64,000 nt of DNA from Alphaproteobacteria bacterium (GTDB lineage Bacteria; Pseudomonadota; Alphaproteobacteria; MPNO01). The position numbers and the translations under genes are program-made. Positions within the stretch are counted from its first letter, which is position 1; each line of letters starts with the position of its first letter. The notes beneath the pieces were generated by a model that did not search any database, had not been told where the DNA came from, and worked only from the letters and a program-made list of their open reading frames with translations. Positions 1 to 9,501 of this stretch are shown one piece after another. Where the stretch lies: assembly GCA_965248835.1 (NCBI GenBank), contig CBDFLJ010000002.1, positions 128,001-192,000 of the forward strand, given 5' to 3'.

Positions 1-283
1 CGGGCAGCCTGCGGTTGGCGGCTACCACGCCGACGAACCGCCGGGTCATCTCGCCGATCGCTGCGCGCTCCATCACTGCATCGATCGCCTTGGCCTGGTC
101 GTCGCGGCCGATGATCGGACTGGTCAGCAGGCGGGCGAGATCGCCGGACTCCTCAATCATCGCCTGCAGGCGCGTCAAATCGTCCTTGACCTGATCGAAG
201 GCGTCGCTCTCTCCGGCCAAATCGAATAAAGCGGTCGCGTACCGACCGGCGATACCGGACACGTCAATCGGCTCGGCTGACAC
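1..283 (-). CDS. atpH: F0F1 ATP synthase subunit delta (5' part, runs off window)
   Basis: Not in ORF track. Manual translation from GTG at 283: MSAEPIDVSGIAGRYATALFDLA...LARLLTSPII...RRFVGVVAANRRL, a typical OSCP/delta N-terminus; AGGGG RBS upstream. Confidence 0.92.
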   Translation of the reverse strand, partial: MSAEPIDVSGIAGRYATALFDLAGESDAFDQVKDDLTRLQAMIEESGDLARLLTSPIIGRDDQAKAIDAVMERAAIGEMTRRFVGVVAANRRLP

Positions 284-458
284 CTGAGCTTGCCCCTAAA
301 CCGTCTGGACGGTGACCTGTAATTCTCTCGTAACTGTATGAGAATCAAGGCGGTTTGTGCGCCGCGACGGGCCGGAAGACCCGCCTGCCAGCGCGGCAGG
401 CCTACCTATCACAACCCCAAGACGGTTGCAACCCGCGGCCCCGCGCGCTCCCGGCCTG

Positions 459-2555
459 TCATTGGTGGCCGTGCAGCAGTTCGGAATAGGTCGGCAGCGG
501 CCACAGACGGTGGTCCACGCGCTCCTCCAACCGATCCACCACCGCCCTTGCGGACTGCATCAGCGGTTTCATGGTTTCGTGGGCGTAGGACGCCGATTGC
601 GCCGGGCCATCCTCGGGAAACTCATCGAACGCCTCGGCCAGATTATCGGTCTCGGTAAGCAACTGCTGAACGAGATCCTCCTTCTCGCCGAAAAGCCTGG
701 AAGAAAAACCCGACCCGACGCCCGCGCGGACGTCTTCGATGGCCGCGGGGATGATGAAGGTCCGCAGGATGTTCAACAGCGTCCGCGCCTCGATCCAGAG
801 CTCCGTGGCGTACGCCTCTTGCAGGACGCCCTGACGCGCCGCAATCTCCCGTTCGTTGAAGATGCCCAAATCACCGAACAGTCTGATGTTCTTGACCGAC
901 GTCAGCTCCTGGTATGCCTCGGGGCTGCTCTTCAGATGGATCAGATCCCATCTTGCGGCGTGTTCATACAGCTCCTCGGAGTAGCCGTTGCCGCTGAACA
1001 ACGCGCCCTGGTTTTCCGCGATGGTCTCACGGATGACCTGGTCGACCTCCTTGCCGCCTTCGATCTCGTCGCACATGTGCTTCAGGCTGTCGGCCAGCGC
1101 CGCGTTGACCATCGTGAGCGGGAAGGCGATATGCTGGTTGCCGCCCACCGCCCGGAACTCGAACCGGTTGCCGCACCAGGGGAATGGCGCGGTGCGGTTG
1201 CGGTCCTCCAGATTGGCCCTGATGTCGGCGACCGGCGCCGATATCTCGATCTCCTTGTGCTGGGTTCCGTATGCGGTGAATTTGCCGCCTTCGGCGACCT
1301 TCTTGACATGCTTTTCCAGGAGCTCGCCGAGATGGAGCGTAATGATCGCCGGCGGCGCCTCCTGCGCACCCAGCCGGTGATCGTTGCCGGCGGTGGACAC
1401 CCCGCAACGCAGCAGATCACCGTGCTTGTTCACCCCGCGCAACAGCGCGGCGACGAAGGTGATGAAGCGCCGGTTGTCGTTTTCGGTTTTCCCGGGAACG
1501 AACAGATTGACGCCGGTGTCGGTGTTCAAGCCCCAGTTGTTGTGCTTGCCGTTCCCGTTGATGCCGGCAAACGGTTTTTCGTGGAACAAGATGGCGAAAC
1601 CGTGGTCGAAGGCCAGATCGCGCAGCACGTCCATCGCCAGCACGTTGGTGTCCGCGGCGAGGTTTGCCAAATTGAAGATCGGCGAGATCTCATGTTGCGC
1701 CGGCGCCACTTCGTTGTGGGTGCAGTGGATCGAAATCCCCAGCTCCCACATCTTCTCCCGCGCCGCCGCCATGTAGCGGTTCACCCGCGGCGGCAGCCTG
1801 GAGAAATAGTTGGTCGACATCTCCTGACCGCGAAGCGGCTTGGCCCCCACCAGAGTGCGTCCGGTGGCCACCAGATCGGGCCGCGCCAGATACTTCTCCC
1901 GGTCGATCAGGAAGAACTCCTGCTCCCAACCGACATTGCACACGACTTCCTTGGTGTCGGTGTCCCCGAGATGTTGCAACAACCGGAGGCTTTGTTCATT
2001 GACCGCAAGGTCGGCGCGCAACAGCGGGGTTTTCTGGTCGAGCGCCTCGCCGGTCCATGACACGAAGGCGGACGGGATGTACAGCGTTTGCCGGTAGACA
2101 AAGGGCGGTGATCCCGTATCCCAGCCCATATAAGCCGCCGCTTCGTGGGTTTCGCGGAGGCCTCCGTTGGGGAATGACGACCCATCGGTCTCGGTCTGGA
2201 ACAGTTGTGAGCCCGTCAAGTCTATGATCAACTTGTCGGTCGCGAAATCCACCGCCACGAATGTTTCGAGTTTCTCGCCGTGAATCGGCCCTCGTATGGG
2301 CGAGAACCAATGCGAATAGCCGATGCAGCCCTTCGACTGCGCCCACTCCAGGATGGATTTCGCCAACGCATCGGCGAAGTTCCTGTCCATCTGCAGCCCG
2401 GTCGCTCGGCACCGCGCGAACGCGTAATAGACGTCCGGATCGACCAGCTTTTTCAGGATCGCGTCGTCCAGCACATTGCTGTTCATGTTCGCCAATGCCT
2501 CGGGCAGGGCGACCGTCTGCGCCGGTGCGTCGTAGGTCGAATGCATCATGGCCAC
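459..2555 (-). CDS. glnN: Glutamine synthetase type III
   Basis: About 700 aa; motifs ETDGSSFPNGGLR, GWEQEFFL, HNEVAPAQHE, HEKPFAGINGNGKHNNW, HRLGAQEAPPAI, DRNRTAPF, C-terminal WPLPTY. Start moved to GTG 2555 (or ATG 2549) after GGAGG. Confidence 0.93.
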   Translation of the reverse strand: MAMMHSTYDAPAQTVALPEALANMNSNVLDDAILKKLVDPDVYYAFARCRATGLQMDRNFADALAKSILEWAQSKGCIGYSHWFSPIRGPIHGEKLETFVAVDFATDKLIIDLTGSQLFQTETDGSSFPNGGLRETHEAAAYMGWDTGSPPFVYRQTLYIPSAFVSWTGEALDQKTPLLRADLAVNEQSLRLLQHLGDTDTKEVVCNVGWEQEFFLIDREKYLARPDLVATGRTLVGAKPLRGQEMSTNYFSRLPPRVNRYMAAAREKMWELGISIHCTHNEVAPAQHEISPIFNLANLAADTNVLAMDVLRDLAFDHGFAILFHEKPFAGINGNGKHNNWGLNTDTGVNLFVPGKTENDNRRFITFVAALLRGVNKHGDLLRCGVSTAGNDHRLGAQEAPPAIITLHLGELLEKHVKKVAEGGKFTAYGTQHKEIEISAPVADIRANLEDRNRTAPFPWCGNRFEFRAVGGNQHIAFPLTMVNAALADSLKHMCDEIEGGKEVDQVIRETIAENQGALFSGNGYSEELYEHAARWDLIHLKSSPEAYQELTSVKNIRLFGDLGIFNEREIAARQGVLQEAYATELWIEARTLLNILRTFIIPAAIEDVRAGVGSGFSSRLFGEKEDLVQQLLTETDNLAEAFDEFPEDGPAQSASYAHETMKPLMQSARAVVDRLEERVDHRLWPLPTYSELLHGHQ

Positions 2556-2797
2556 CGGTTCTTCCTCCCCGATAGGTTCGCTGGTCGAGCCGAAACTACT
2601 GCATAACGCGACCGGCCGCCAAGGAGAACGATCCGCGCCGACGGCGCTGTCTGGCGCTGCGGGGCGGCGAGTATGAAGCTCCAATCAACTTGACCCTTGC
2701 GACGAAACCGGACAACAATTGTAGCGAACACTATGGACAACCGGATGCATGGCGATCGATCCGGAGCCGACATCTCGGACTGTCCGACACCGGGTGA

Positions 2798-3253
2798 AAC
2801 GTCGGTCCAGGGTTTGCTGAAATCGCTGTCCTCGAAATCTCGCTGACCAACGATCTTCAGGAGATCGCCGTCACGGCGGCGCAAATCGACGAATTTTGCG
2901 CTGCACGAGACCTGTCGCCGGCCATCGCCTTCGCCGTCAACCTGTCGGTCGATGAACTGCTGACCAACACGATCAGCTACGGCTACGACGACGGCACGCC
3001 CCATCGGATCGATATCGTGGTCCGCATGGACGGCAGCGTAATCGTCGTCGAGATCACCGACGATGCCAAGCCGTTCGATCCGTTCGAGGTCCAGAAACCC
3101 GATACCGACGCCGCGCTCGAGGATCGGCCGATCGGCGGATTGGGCGTCCACTTCGTCCGCGAGATGATGGACGGGTATCAGTACCGCCGCAGTCGGGGAC
3201 GCAACATCGTGACCTTGACCAAGGATACAAGGGGCGCCGCCGCCGGGACCTGA
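2798..3253 (+). CDS. RsbW/SpoIIAB-like anti-sigma factor Ser kinase (HATPase); start codon unresolved
   Basis: Frame open from 2798: ...LEISLTNDLQEI...VDELLTNTISYGY...DDAKPFDP...RPIGGLGVHFVREMMD; no in-frame ATG/GTG/TTG before 3017. Confidence 0.85.
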   Translation, partial: NVGPGFAEIAVLEISLTNDLQEIAVTAAQIDEFCAARDLSPAIAFAVNLSVDELLTNTISYGYDDGTPHRIDIVVRMDGSVIVVEITDDAKPFDPFEVQKPDTDAALEDRPIGGLGVHFVREMMDGYQYRRSRGRNIVTLTKDTRGAAAGT

Positions 3254-3294
3254 AGGATGAGGCGCCGGGCATCGGGCATGCCGGCGCCGCGCGG

Positions 3295-5241
3295 TCAGGC
3301 GGGCCCGCCGTTGTACCTCAGCACCAGACAGGTGATGTCGTCGGATTGCGGCGCCTCGCCGACGAATTCGGCGACCGCAAGGGTCACGTTTTCGATCACG
3401 ATGTCGACGGGGATCTCGTGGCCGACAGACAGCGCGGTTCGAATGCGTGCCTCTTCGAACATTTCGCCATCGCTGTTCATGGCTTCGGATATACCGTCGG
3501 TATACATGAACAGCGTGTCCCCCGCGGCAAGCGTCAGGCTTTTCTCTTCGTATGGCAGTTCCGGCAGGACGCCGATCGCGACCCCTCCGGTCAACGGCAA
3601 CACCTCGATCCCGCCGTCTTGTCGAACCAGGTACGGCGGATTGTGACCGCCATTGGCGTAGCTGAAATGGCCCGTTGACGGATCCAGAATGCCGTAGAAC
3701 AGCGTCACGAACAGATCGTGGGGGTTCTGCGAGCAGATCCCGTCATTGACCAGGCGCAGGCAGTCACCGGCCCGGTCGGTGTCCTGCGCGGTGGTGCGCG
3801 TAACCGTCCTTGCGATCGCCATGAAGAACGCCGCGGAGACGCCCTTGCCGGAGACATCGGCGATCACCACGCCGAGGCGGCCGTCCGGCAGGGTGAAGAA
3901 ATCGTAGAAGTCGCCGCCCATCTCGCGCGCCGGAGTCATCAGGGCGTGCCCCGAATAAGCGGTGTTTCGCGGCAAGGTCTTCGGCAGAATCGCGCCCTGG
4001 AGGGAATGCGCGATGGCGAGCTCGTCGTCCATGCGCTGTTTGGCCTGATCGAGTTGCGCGTTCTTCTGCTCCAGGTCCAACGTGCGCTCAGCGACCAGGG
4101 CTTCAAGATGTTCCTCGCGTGCCTGGACTTCGCGCGCCATCGTCTGGAAGACGCGGATCAGCCGTCCCAGCTCGTCCCGCCGGTGGCCGACGCGGTCGAG
4201 CGACTCCGGGGCGAAACTGCGCCGGTCCATCTCCTCGGCTGCCCGGGTCAGAGCCATGACCGGCCGCGTGATGCGGCGGGCCGACAATATTGCCGTCACC
4301 GAGCCGATCAGGAAGGCGGCGGCCGCAACGACCAGACCGAACATGAGGTAATCGGCGAGCAACCGGTCGAGCTGGTCACGCGGCATGTGGATGATCGCAA
4401 CGCCGGTGGCAACGCCGCCGCGGTCCAGGATGGGCGCGCCGACATGGAGCTCGTCCCGGCTCAGAAAGGACTGTGCGCCCGCACCGAGTACGCGGCCGGC
4501 GAGCGCCCTGTCGGCGGCCATAAACACCGGTTCCGGCGCGCCGCCGTGCGTGCCGCTGGCGACCGCGGCATTCACCTGAAGTGAATCGTCGACCACCCAG
4601 ATCGCCCGGACTCCGGGTTGCCCGGCCAGCGAGCCCAGCGTCGCCGCGAGGCTGATGATCTCGCGCAGGTGCGTGGTCTTGTCCACCAGGCTGCCGACCA
4701 GCACCGGCCCGCCGCCGCGGGTGCGGACGCCGACATATCGCAAGGGGCGCTCCAACCCGTCCCGCGGCACCGACTGGAGGGTGACGGAGAAACGGCGTCC
4801 CGACAGGAGGGTTTGCAAGACCGGTCCGTCGATATCCTCCAGAGCCATGTCGGTGCCGGCCTGGCTGAGCCCGTTGATGGCGCGCGCCGACGGCGTTCCG
4901 CTTTCGTCCAATATCCAGATGTCGTCGATAACGCTGTTCGCGGTAATCTCGGCGAGGTGAATGGCCAGCGCGCCGGCGTCGGGGCCGACGACCTCCGCCA
5001 AGTGGGCCAGCGCGATCGCCTGTGCCTCTTTCTCTTGCGCGACGACGCGGTCGATCTCGTCGGATATCAGCCCGGCTCGGTTGGCCTCGCCCGCGATCAG
5101 GCCGGCGACAAGCCGCGCTTGGTTCTCGGCCTGGCCGATCAGCGCATCGCGGGCCAGGAGGCCCAACGCTATCGCCACGCCGAGGATGGCAACGCCGACC
5201 GACGCCGAGACGATCAGGACCAGATGCCGGGACAGACTCAC
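3295..5241 (-). CDS. Membrane sensor with HAMP domain and SpoIIE/RsbU-type PP2C phosphatase
   Basis: Two TM segments flanking a large periplasmic region, HAMP (RRDELGRL), PP2C motifs MGGDFYD, VIADVSGKG, YTDGISEA, QSDDIT; GTGA overlap with upstream permease. Confidence 0.92.
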   Translation of the reverse strand: MSLSRHLVLIVSASVGVAILGVAIALGLLARDALIGQAENQARLVAGLIAGEANRAGLISDEIDRVVAQEKEAQAIALAHLAEVVGPDAGALAIHLAEITANSVIDDIWILDESGTPSARAINGLSQAGTDMALEDIDGPVLQTLLSGRRFSVTLQSVPRDGLERPLRYVGVRTRGGGPVLVGSLVDKTTHLREIISLAATLGSLAGQPGVRAIWVVDDSLQVNAAVASGTHGGAPEPVFMAADRALAGRVLGAGAQSFLSRDELHVGAPILDRGGVATGVAIIHMPRDQLDRLLADYLMFGLVVAAAAFLIGSVTAILSARRITRPVMALTRAAEEMDRRSFAPESLDRVGHRRDELGRLIRVFQTMAREVQAREEHLEALVAERTLDLEQKNAQLDQAKQRMDDELAIAHSLQGAILPKTLPRNTAYSGHALMTPAREMGGDFYDFFTLPDGRLGVVIADVSGKGVSAAFFMAIARTVTRTTAQDTDRAGDCLRLVNDGICSQNPHDLFVTLFYGILDPSTGHFSYANGGHNPPYLVRQDGGIEVLPLTGGVAIGVLPELPYEEKSLTLAAGDTLFMYTDGISEAMNSDGEMFEEARIRTALSVGHEIPVDIVIENVTLAVAEFVGEAPQSDDITCLVLRYNGGPA

Positions 5242-5870
5242 GTGTGCTGCTCCGCCAGGTGGACGCGCAAGCCCCGCATCACCAAGGTCACCGCGGCCGC
5301 GAAAGCGAGGAACCAGATCATTGCGTAAAGATAGACCCAGAACGAGAAATCGTTCCTGCCGATCGCGCCGATCACGGTCTCGGCCCGGTGGACGAGTTCC
5401 GGCACGCCAATGACCGAGGCGGTAGCGGAGGCCATGACGATGATCAGGAAATAGCTGGTCCAGGACGGCAGGAACAGCAGCGCTTCTGCGGTCTCTCGGC
5501 GTCTGAGGTGCCGCAGCGCGGCGAGCGCGTTGTCGGACACATAGCCGGCCACCGCGATCGCCAGCGCGAGCGATGCCTTGATCCAGGCCGGCACGGTCAC
5601 GACGACGCCAAGGAGTTCGAAGGTTCCGGGGACGGCATAGGCGAGATAGAACAGCATCACGAAGGTCGGCGCGCTGCGGGCGAACACCGTCAGCGCGCCG
5701 CCGCCCCGGCTGACGCCCGAAACGGAGCCGGCCCGCATCAACGCCAGCAGCAGCCCGATCGGCGTACCGATCGCCATCGCGGCCAGCGAGACGGCCATGT
5801 TCCAGCCGAACCCGCCCGCGAGGTAGGGCGTCCAGGTTATCAGCACGTCGGCAACATCGAGCATCGTCAT
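5238..5870 (-). CDS. Polar amino acid ABC-type permease (HisM/GlnP-like), degenerate EAA loop
   Basis: Hydrophobic protein, FARSAPTFVMLF (cf. RGTPLLVQLF), ASVIGVPEL; ATGA overlap with upstream gene. Confidence 0.8.
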   Translation of the reverse strand: MTMLDVADVLITWTPYLAGGFGWNMAVSLAAMAIGTPIGLLLALMRAGSVSGVSRGGGALTVFARSAPTFVMLFYLAYAVPGTFELLGVVVTVPAWIKASLALAIAVAGYVSDNALAALRHLRRRETAEALLFLPSWTSYFLIIVMASATASVIGVPELVHRAETVIGAIGRNDFSFWVYLYAMIWFLAFAAAVTLVMRGLRVHLAEQHT

Positions 5871-7477
5871 GACGCGTGGCCCCGCTGTTCCCAAAGGCGG
5901 AAGAGCTGGACCGTGAGGAAGACCAGTACGAAGTAGCAGATCAGCAGCAGGTTCATCATCACGTCGTCATTGCCTTTTTCGGCAACGATGGCGGTGCTGG
6001 CGTGCACCAGCTCCGGCAATGCCAGGGTGCTGGCCATCCCGGTCGCCTTGACGATGTTGACCGAATTGCCCATCACCGCGGCGTGGCACAGGCGCAGCGC
6101 CCGGCGGAACTCCCGGATTCTGAAGCCCAGCGCGCCGCCCGTGCCGGCGGCGACGTCCGCCGCCAGGGCGAACGAAACGGCATTGCTGGCTGCGGCGTAT
6201 AGCGACAACACCACGGATGTGACGGTGAATGCGTCGAGCGAGAAGCCGAGCGCCAGAATGACACCGCCAAGCCCGAAAAAGACGACATAGAGTTGCAGCA
6301 ACGGCGGCGTCATCCGCAAGACCGCGCAAAACGCATGCAGAAACCCACCGACGACCGGCACGCGCCGATGCATCAGCCAACCGAACACCGCGCCCAGGAC
6401 GATGCTGCCCATGACCGTCACGATCGACAGCGCGGCCGTCAGGGCCAGGCCGAAGAGAAAGACGTTGCGGTCCAGCGGGTCGTAGAGCAGGCTGACGTCC
6501 AGACCCGTCGCCTCCATCAGCATCAGGGATACCCCGGAAATGCCACCCAGTTCGCGGCCCGCGACCAGCGCGACCTCGCGGCATGCCAGCGGCCATCTTC
6601 CGGCGTCGTCGCGCCGGCAGACCAATTCGCCGGCCGCGTCGGTCTGCTGCCAAGTCGACCGGGCGCGCCGCAAATAGGGTGAGGGCGGCAACCCCCACCG
6701 CTTCTCCAGCTCTTGCAGGAAGCCGCCGCGGTGCCATCCGGCCAGCGTGTCGCCCAGCAGTCGATCCAGGCGGCTGCCCGCCTCTTCCTTGGCGATGGCG
6801 ATCGCCCAGGGTGAAACGAAACGCGTAGGCAAGGACACGCTGTAGCCGTCCCAGTCTCCGCTCGCCAGCTCATTCAACAGGTTGACTTCGTCGTACAGCC
6901 AACCGATGCAGTGCCCGTTGCGCAAGGCCAGCAAGGCCTCCCGCGTGGAGTTGAGGGAGATCGGCTCGACCAGGAGACGTTCGCGGGCGAGGCGATTCCA
7001 CAGCGAGCCCTGGACGCTGCACAGCGTCCGGCCCCGCAGGTCCTGCCAATCGGAGATCCGCGCATCCGGCCGCAACAGGACGTTGGCGCCGTCGCCGTAA
7101 TATTGCGGCTCGACCATGGTAACGAGCTCGCGGCGGCTGCGGGTGTCGCCCAGCGTGGCGACGATGACGTCGATTTCTCCGCGCTGGAGCTTCTGCAGCC
7201 GGTTGGCGCTGGTCACTGGTTTCAACCGCAGCGACACGCCGATGGCTTCGGCCAAGGCGCGGGCGACATCGGTATCGTAGCCGACCAGGGCGCCGCTGGC
7301 GTCGCGGAAGCCGAAGGGTCGGTAGTCGGCCTTGACCCCGGCAACCAGATAGCCGCGGCCGCGGATCTCCTCAAGCCGGTCGGCTGCGGCCGCGCCGACG
7401 CTGCACAGCCACACGCCGAATGCGATAAGCACGAAACCTGCATAGGGGCATGGGCGGTGCCGGCCAGAAGTGCTCAC
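5867..7477 (-). CDS. Fusion of family-3 amino acid binding protein and ABC permease
   Basis: Signal peptide, GVKADYRPFGF, GYDTDVA, LQRGEIDVIVAT, then TM domain with LRMTPPLLQLYVVFFGL and NIVKATGMAS; GTG start overlaps methyltransferase stop (GTGA). Confidence 0.85.
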   Translation of the reverse strand: MSTSGRHRPCPYAGFVLIAFGVWLCSVGAAAADRLEEIRGRGYLVAGVKADYRPFGFRDASGALVGYDTDVARALAEAIGVSLRLKPVTSANRLQKLQRGEIDVIVATLGDTRSRRELVTMVEPQYYGDGANVLLRPDARISDWQDLRGRTLCSVQGSLWNRLARERLLVEPISLNSTREALLALRNGHCIGWLYDEVNLLNELASGDWDGYSVSLPTRFVSPWAIAIAKEEAGSRLDRLLGDTLAGWHRGGFLQELEKRWGLPPSPYLRRARSTWQQTDAAGELVCRRDDAGRWPLACREVALVAGRELGGISGVSLMLMEATGLDVSLLYDPLDRNVFLFGLALTAALSIVTVMGSIVLGAVFGWLMHRRVPVVGGFLHAFCAVLRMTPPLLQLYVVFFGLGGVILALGFSLDAFTVTSVVLSLYAAASNAVSFALAADVAAGTGGALGFRIREFRRALRLCHAAVMGNSVNIVKATGMASTLALPELVHASTAIVAEKGNDDVMMNLLLICYFVLVFLTVQLFRLWEQRGHAS

Positions 7478-8322
7478 GGAGCGCCCGGAGCCCGAGGTCG
7501 GCTCACGATCAAGAAACCGTAGCCGCTGGCCACGGGCGCGAGCCGGCACGCCAGGTCGTCCAGTCGGCCGAGCAACGGCTTGCCGACAACAAGACTTTCG
7601 GGCAGCAGGCTCTCGGGTTCCATGCTCTCGATGCGGAAACCTGCGGCCGAGAGGTCGCGGTGTACCTCCGGCGGACGGAAGAGGTGGTAGAACAGCCGGA
7701 TCTCGTCGCGGCCGCGGCCGCGCGTATAGAGTATGTCGCCGGGCTCGAGTTCGCCGGCCCGCACCAGCGGGTCCGCCGCGCGTTGTTCGGCGCGAAACCG
7801 CCGTCGCGCATTCGGCAGGCCAAGGATCAGGACGCCGTCCGGTTTCAGCATTTCGCGCACCGCTCCGAGCAGGCGCATGCGCTCCGCCCGTCCGGCGACG
7901 TGCCCCAGAACCCCGAAAGTCAAAAGCGTGAGATCGAACGCGCAACGATACTTCTCGGCCAGCGCGGTCAGGTCGCCGTTCCGGATGACGAGCCGTCCGT
8001 CGCCCACGAACGCGCGCAGGCGCTCCGCCATCGTCTGGCACGCCGCCGGACAGACATCGTAGGCCACCCCGTTCGCCCGGGTCAGTTCCATCAGCGGCAG
8101 CGTGTAACGTCCCGTGCCCGCGCCAAAGTCGAGGAAGCGGCCTTCGGCGGGCAGACAGCGCAGCGACGTCCTCAGCGTGCGCCGGTTCGGGCGTGGATAG
8201 CGCTGGTCGTAAAGGCCGGAGGAGATGTAGGCCTCGTAACTGCCGGCCATGTCGGGCACTTCCGCCTGCGGTGCGGGCGTGTCGTGGTCCGGGACGCTAG
8301 CGGCGTCCCTGGGTGCGATCAT
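7474..8322 (-). CDS. Class I SAM-dependent methyltransferase
   Basis: Motif I FLDFGAGTGRY, LKPDGVLIL; start may be the later ATG at 8250. Confidence 0.85.
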   Translation of the reverse strand: MIAPRDAASVPDHDTPAPQAEVPDMAGSYEAYISSGLYDQRYPRPNRRTLRTSLRCLPAEGRFLDFGAGTGRYTLPLMELTRANGVAYDVCPAACQTMAERLRAFVGDGRLVIRNGDLTALAEKYRCAFDLTLLTFGVLGHVAGRAERMRLLGAVREMLKPDGVLILGLPNARRRFRAEQRAADPLVRAGELEPGDILYTRGRGRDEIRLFYHLFRPPEVHRDLSAAGFRIESMEPESLLPESLVVGKPLLGRLDDLACRLAPVASGYGFLIVSRPRAPGAP

Positions 8323-8411
8323 TGTCCCTCCGTCGGCCTCGGCTCATTGGGGGCTTGTCTCCGAAGCGACGACATCATTATGCTGCCGACATCGGGTCAA
8401 CCCTAATATTG

Positions 8412-8489
8412 GCGGTCCCGGTTGGCAATGCATTACGCAGTCCCGGTCGGCAATGCATAGTATTGCGGCGGTCCCGTTGGGCAAATTGC
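8412..8489. repeat. Three imperfect direct repeats GTCCCG(G)TYGGCAATGCAT in a divergent promoter region
   Basis: gtcccggttggcaatgcat 8415-8433, gtcccggtcggcaatgcat 8440-8458, gtcccgttgggcaaattgc 8471-8489. Confidence 0.8.
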
Positions 8490-8575
8490 GCGCTGGAATC
8501 GGCTCTGGAAGGGGCGGGCATGAGGACTTGCGGACGCGCAACGCCTGGATTGCCGATGGCGAAAAGGGGCAAAGG

Positions 8576-9478
8576 TTGAGACCGCGAGTCAAGGATCCGT
8601 TGCGACGCTGGTCGATGGCGGCGGTGCTGGTGTTGGCCGGGCTGGCGGCCCACGCCGGAGCGCACGCGGCCGATGGCGTCCTGGAACGGGTCGCGGCCGA
8701 GGGGGTGATTCGCGCGGGCACCCGGGCAAGCGCGGCGCCCTTCGCCCAGAAGACGGCCTCCGGAGAGTTCGAGGGATTTTCGGTCGACCTGCTCGAGGAG
8801 ATCCGCGCAGCCGCCCAGAGGACGGTCGGCCGGGCCGTCCGGCTTGCGCTTTTCGAAGTTACCCCGGCCGATCGGCTGCAGCGCGTCGCAGCCGGCGAGA
8901 TCGACATCGTCTGTGGCATCACCACGCCGACCTGGAAGCGGGAAGGTCTGGTGGATTTCTCCCTGCCGTTCTTCCGCGACGGGACCCGTGTGATGGTCTA
9001 TCGTGGGCGTGCTGGGCGCGTCGCAGACATCCACCGGCTCAAGATCGGCGTGGTCCAGGGCACCACCACCGTAGCGGTTGTCAAAGATCGGCTGCCCGCG
9101 GCCAGTCTGCGCGTTTACGCCAACATGGGCAATGCGATGCGCGGGCTGGAGACCGGCGAGGTCGAGGGCGTGGCCAATGTCGGCGTCGTGCTGCTCGGGC
9201 TGAGTGCACGCAGCAAGCCGCGGCGCAGCGTCGTGTTGTTGCCCAGGACCCGCGCGTTGGCGACGGAAACTCTGGCCTGTGTCCTGCCGCAGAACGACAG
9301 CCGTTGGCGGGATCTGATCAACCGGACCTTGGTCGAGATGTATCTCGACGTGGAAGACTTCCGCGGCCGTTACGAGGAAATCTACAACCGCTGGTTCGGT
9401 CGCGACAGTGCGCTGTTCTATCCGCTCGACCGCGGTACCCGCGCCTACCTTGCCGATATCTCGGTCTGGGCCAGGTGA
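8576..9478 (+). CDS. Family-3 amino acid ABC substrate-binding protein (Glu/Asp-binding-like)
   Basis: Signal peptide ...AAHAGAHA; GTRASAAPF, EGFSVDL, GEIDIVCGITT, VDFSLPFF; start TTG 8576 or ATG 8615. Confidence 0.85.
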   Translation: MRPRVKDPLRRWSMAAVLVLAGLAAHAGAHAADGVLERVAAEGVIRAGTRASAAPFAQKTASGEFEGFSVDLLEEIRAAAQRTVGRAVRLALFEVTPADRLQRVAAGEIDIVCGITTPTWKREGLVDFSLPFFRDGTRVMVYRGRAGRVADIHRLKIGVVQGTTTVAVVKDRLPAASLRVYANMGNAMRGLETGEVEGVANVGVVLLGLSARSKPRRSVVLLPRTRALATETLACVLPQNDSRWRDLINRTLVEMYLDVEDFRGRYEEIYNRWFGRDSALFYPLDRGTRAYLADISVWAR

Positions 9479-9501
9479 TCGCCTCGATGTGCGCCGGCCG
9501 C

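Noticed and set aside
8412-8489. Possible mini-CRISPR or sigma54 promoter
   Set aside because: Gaps of only 6 and 12 bp between repeats; TGGCA is not followed by TTGC at the -24/-12 spacing
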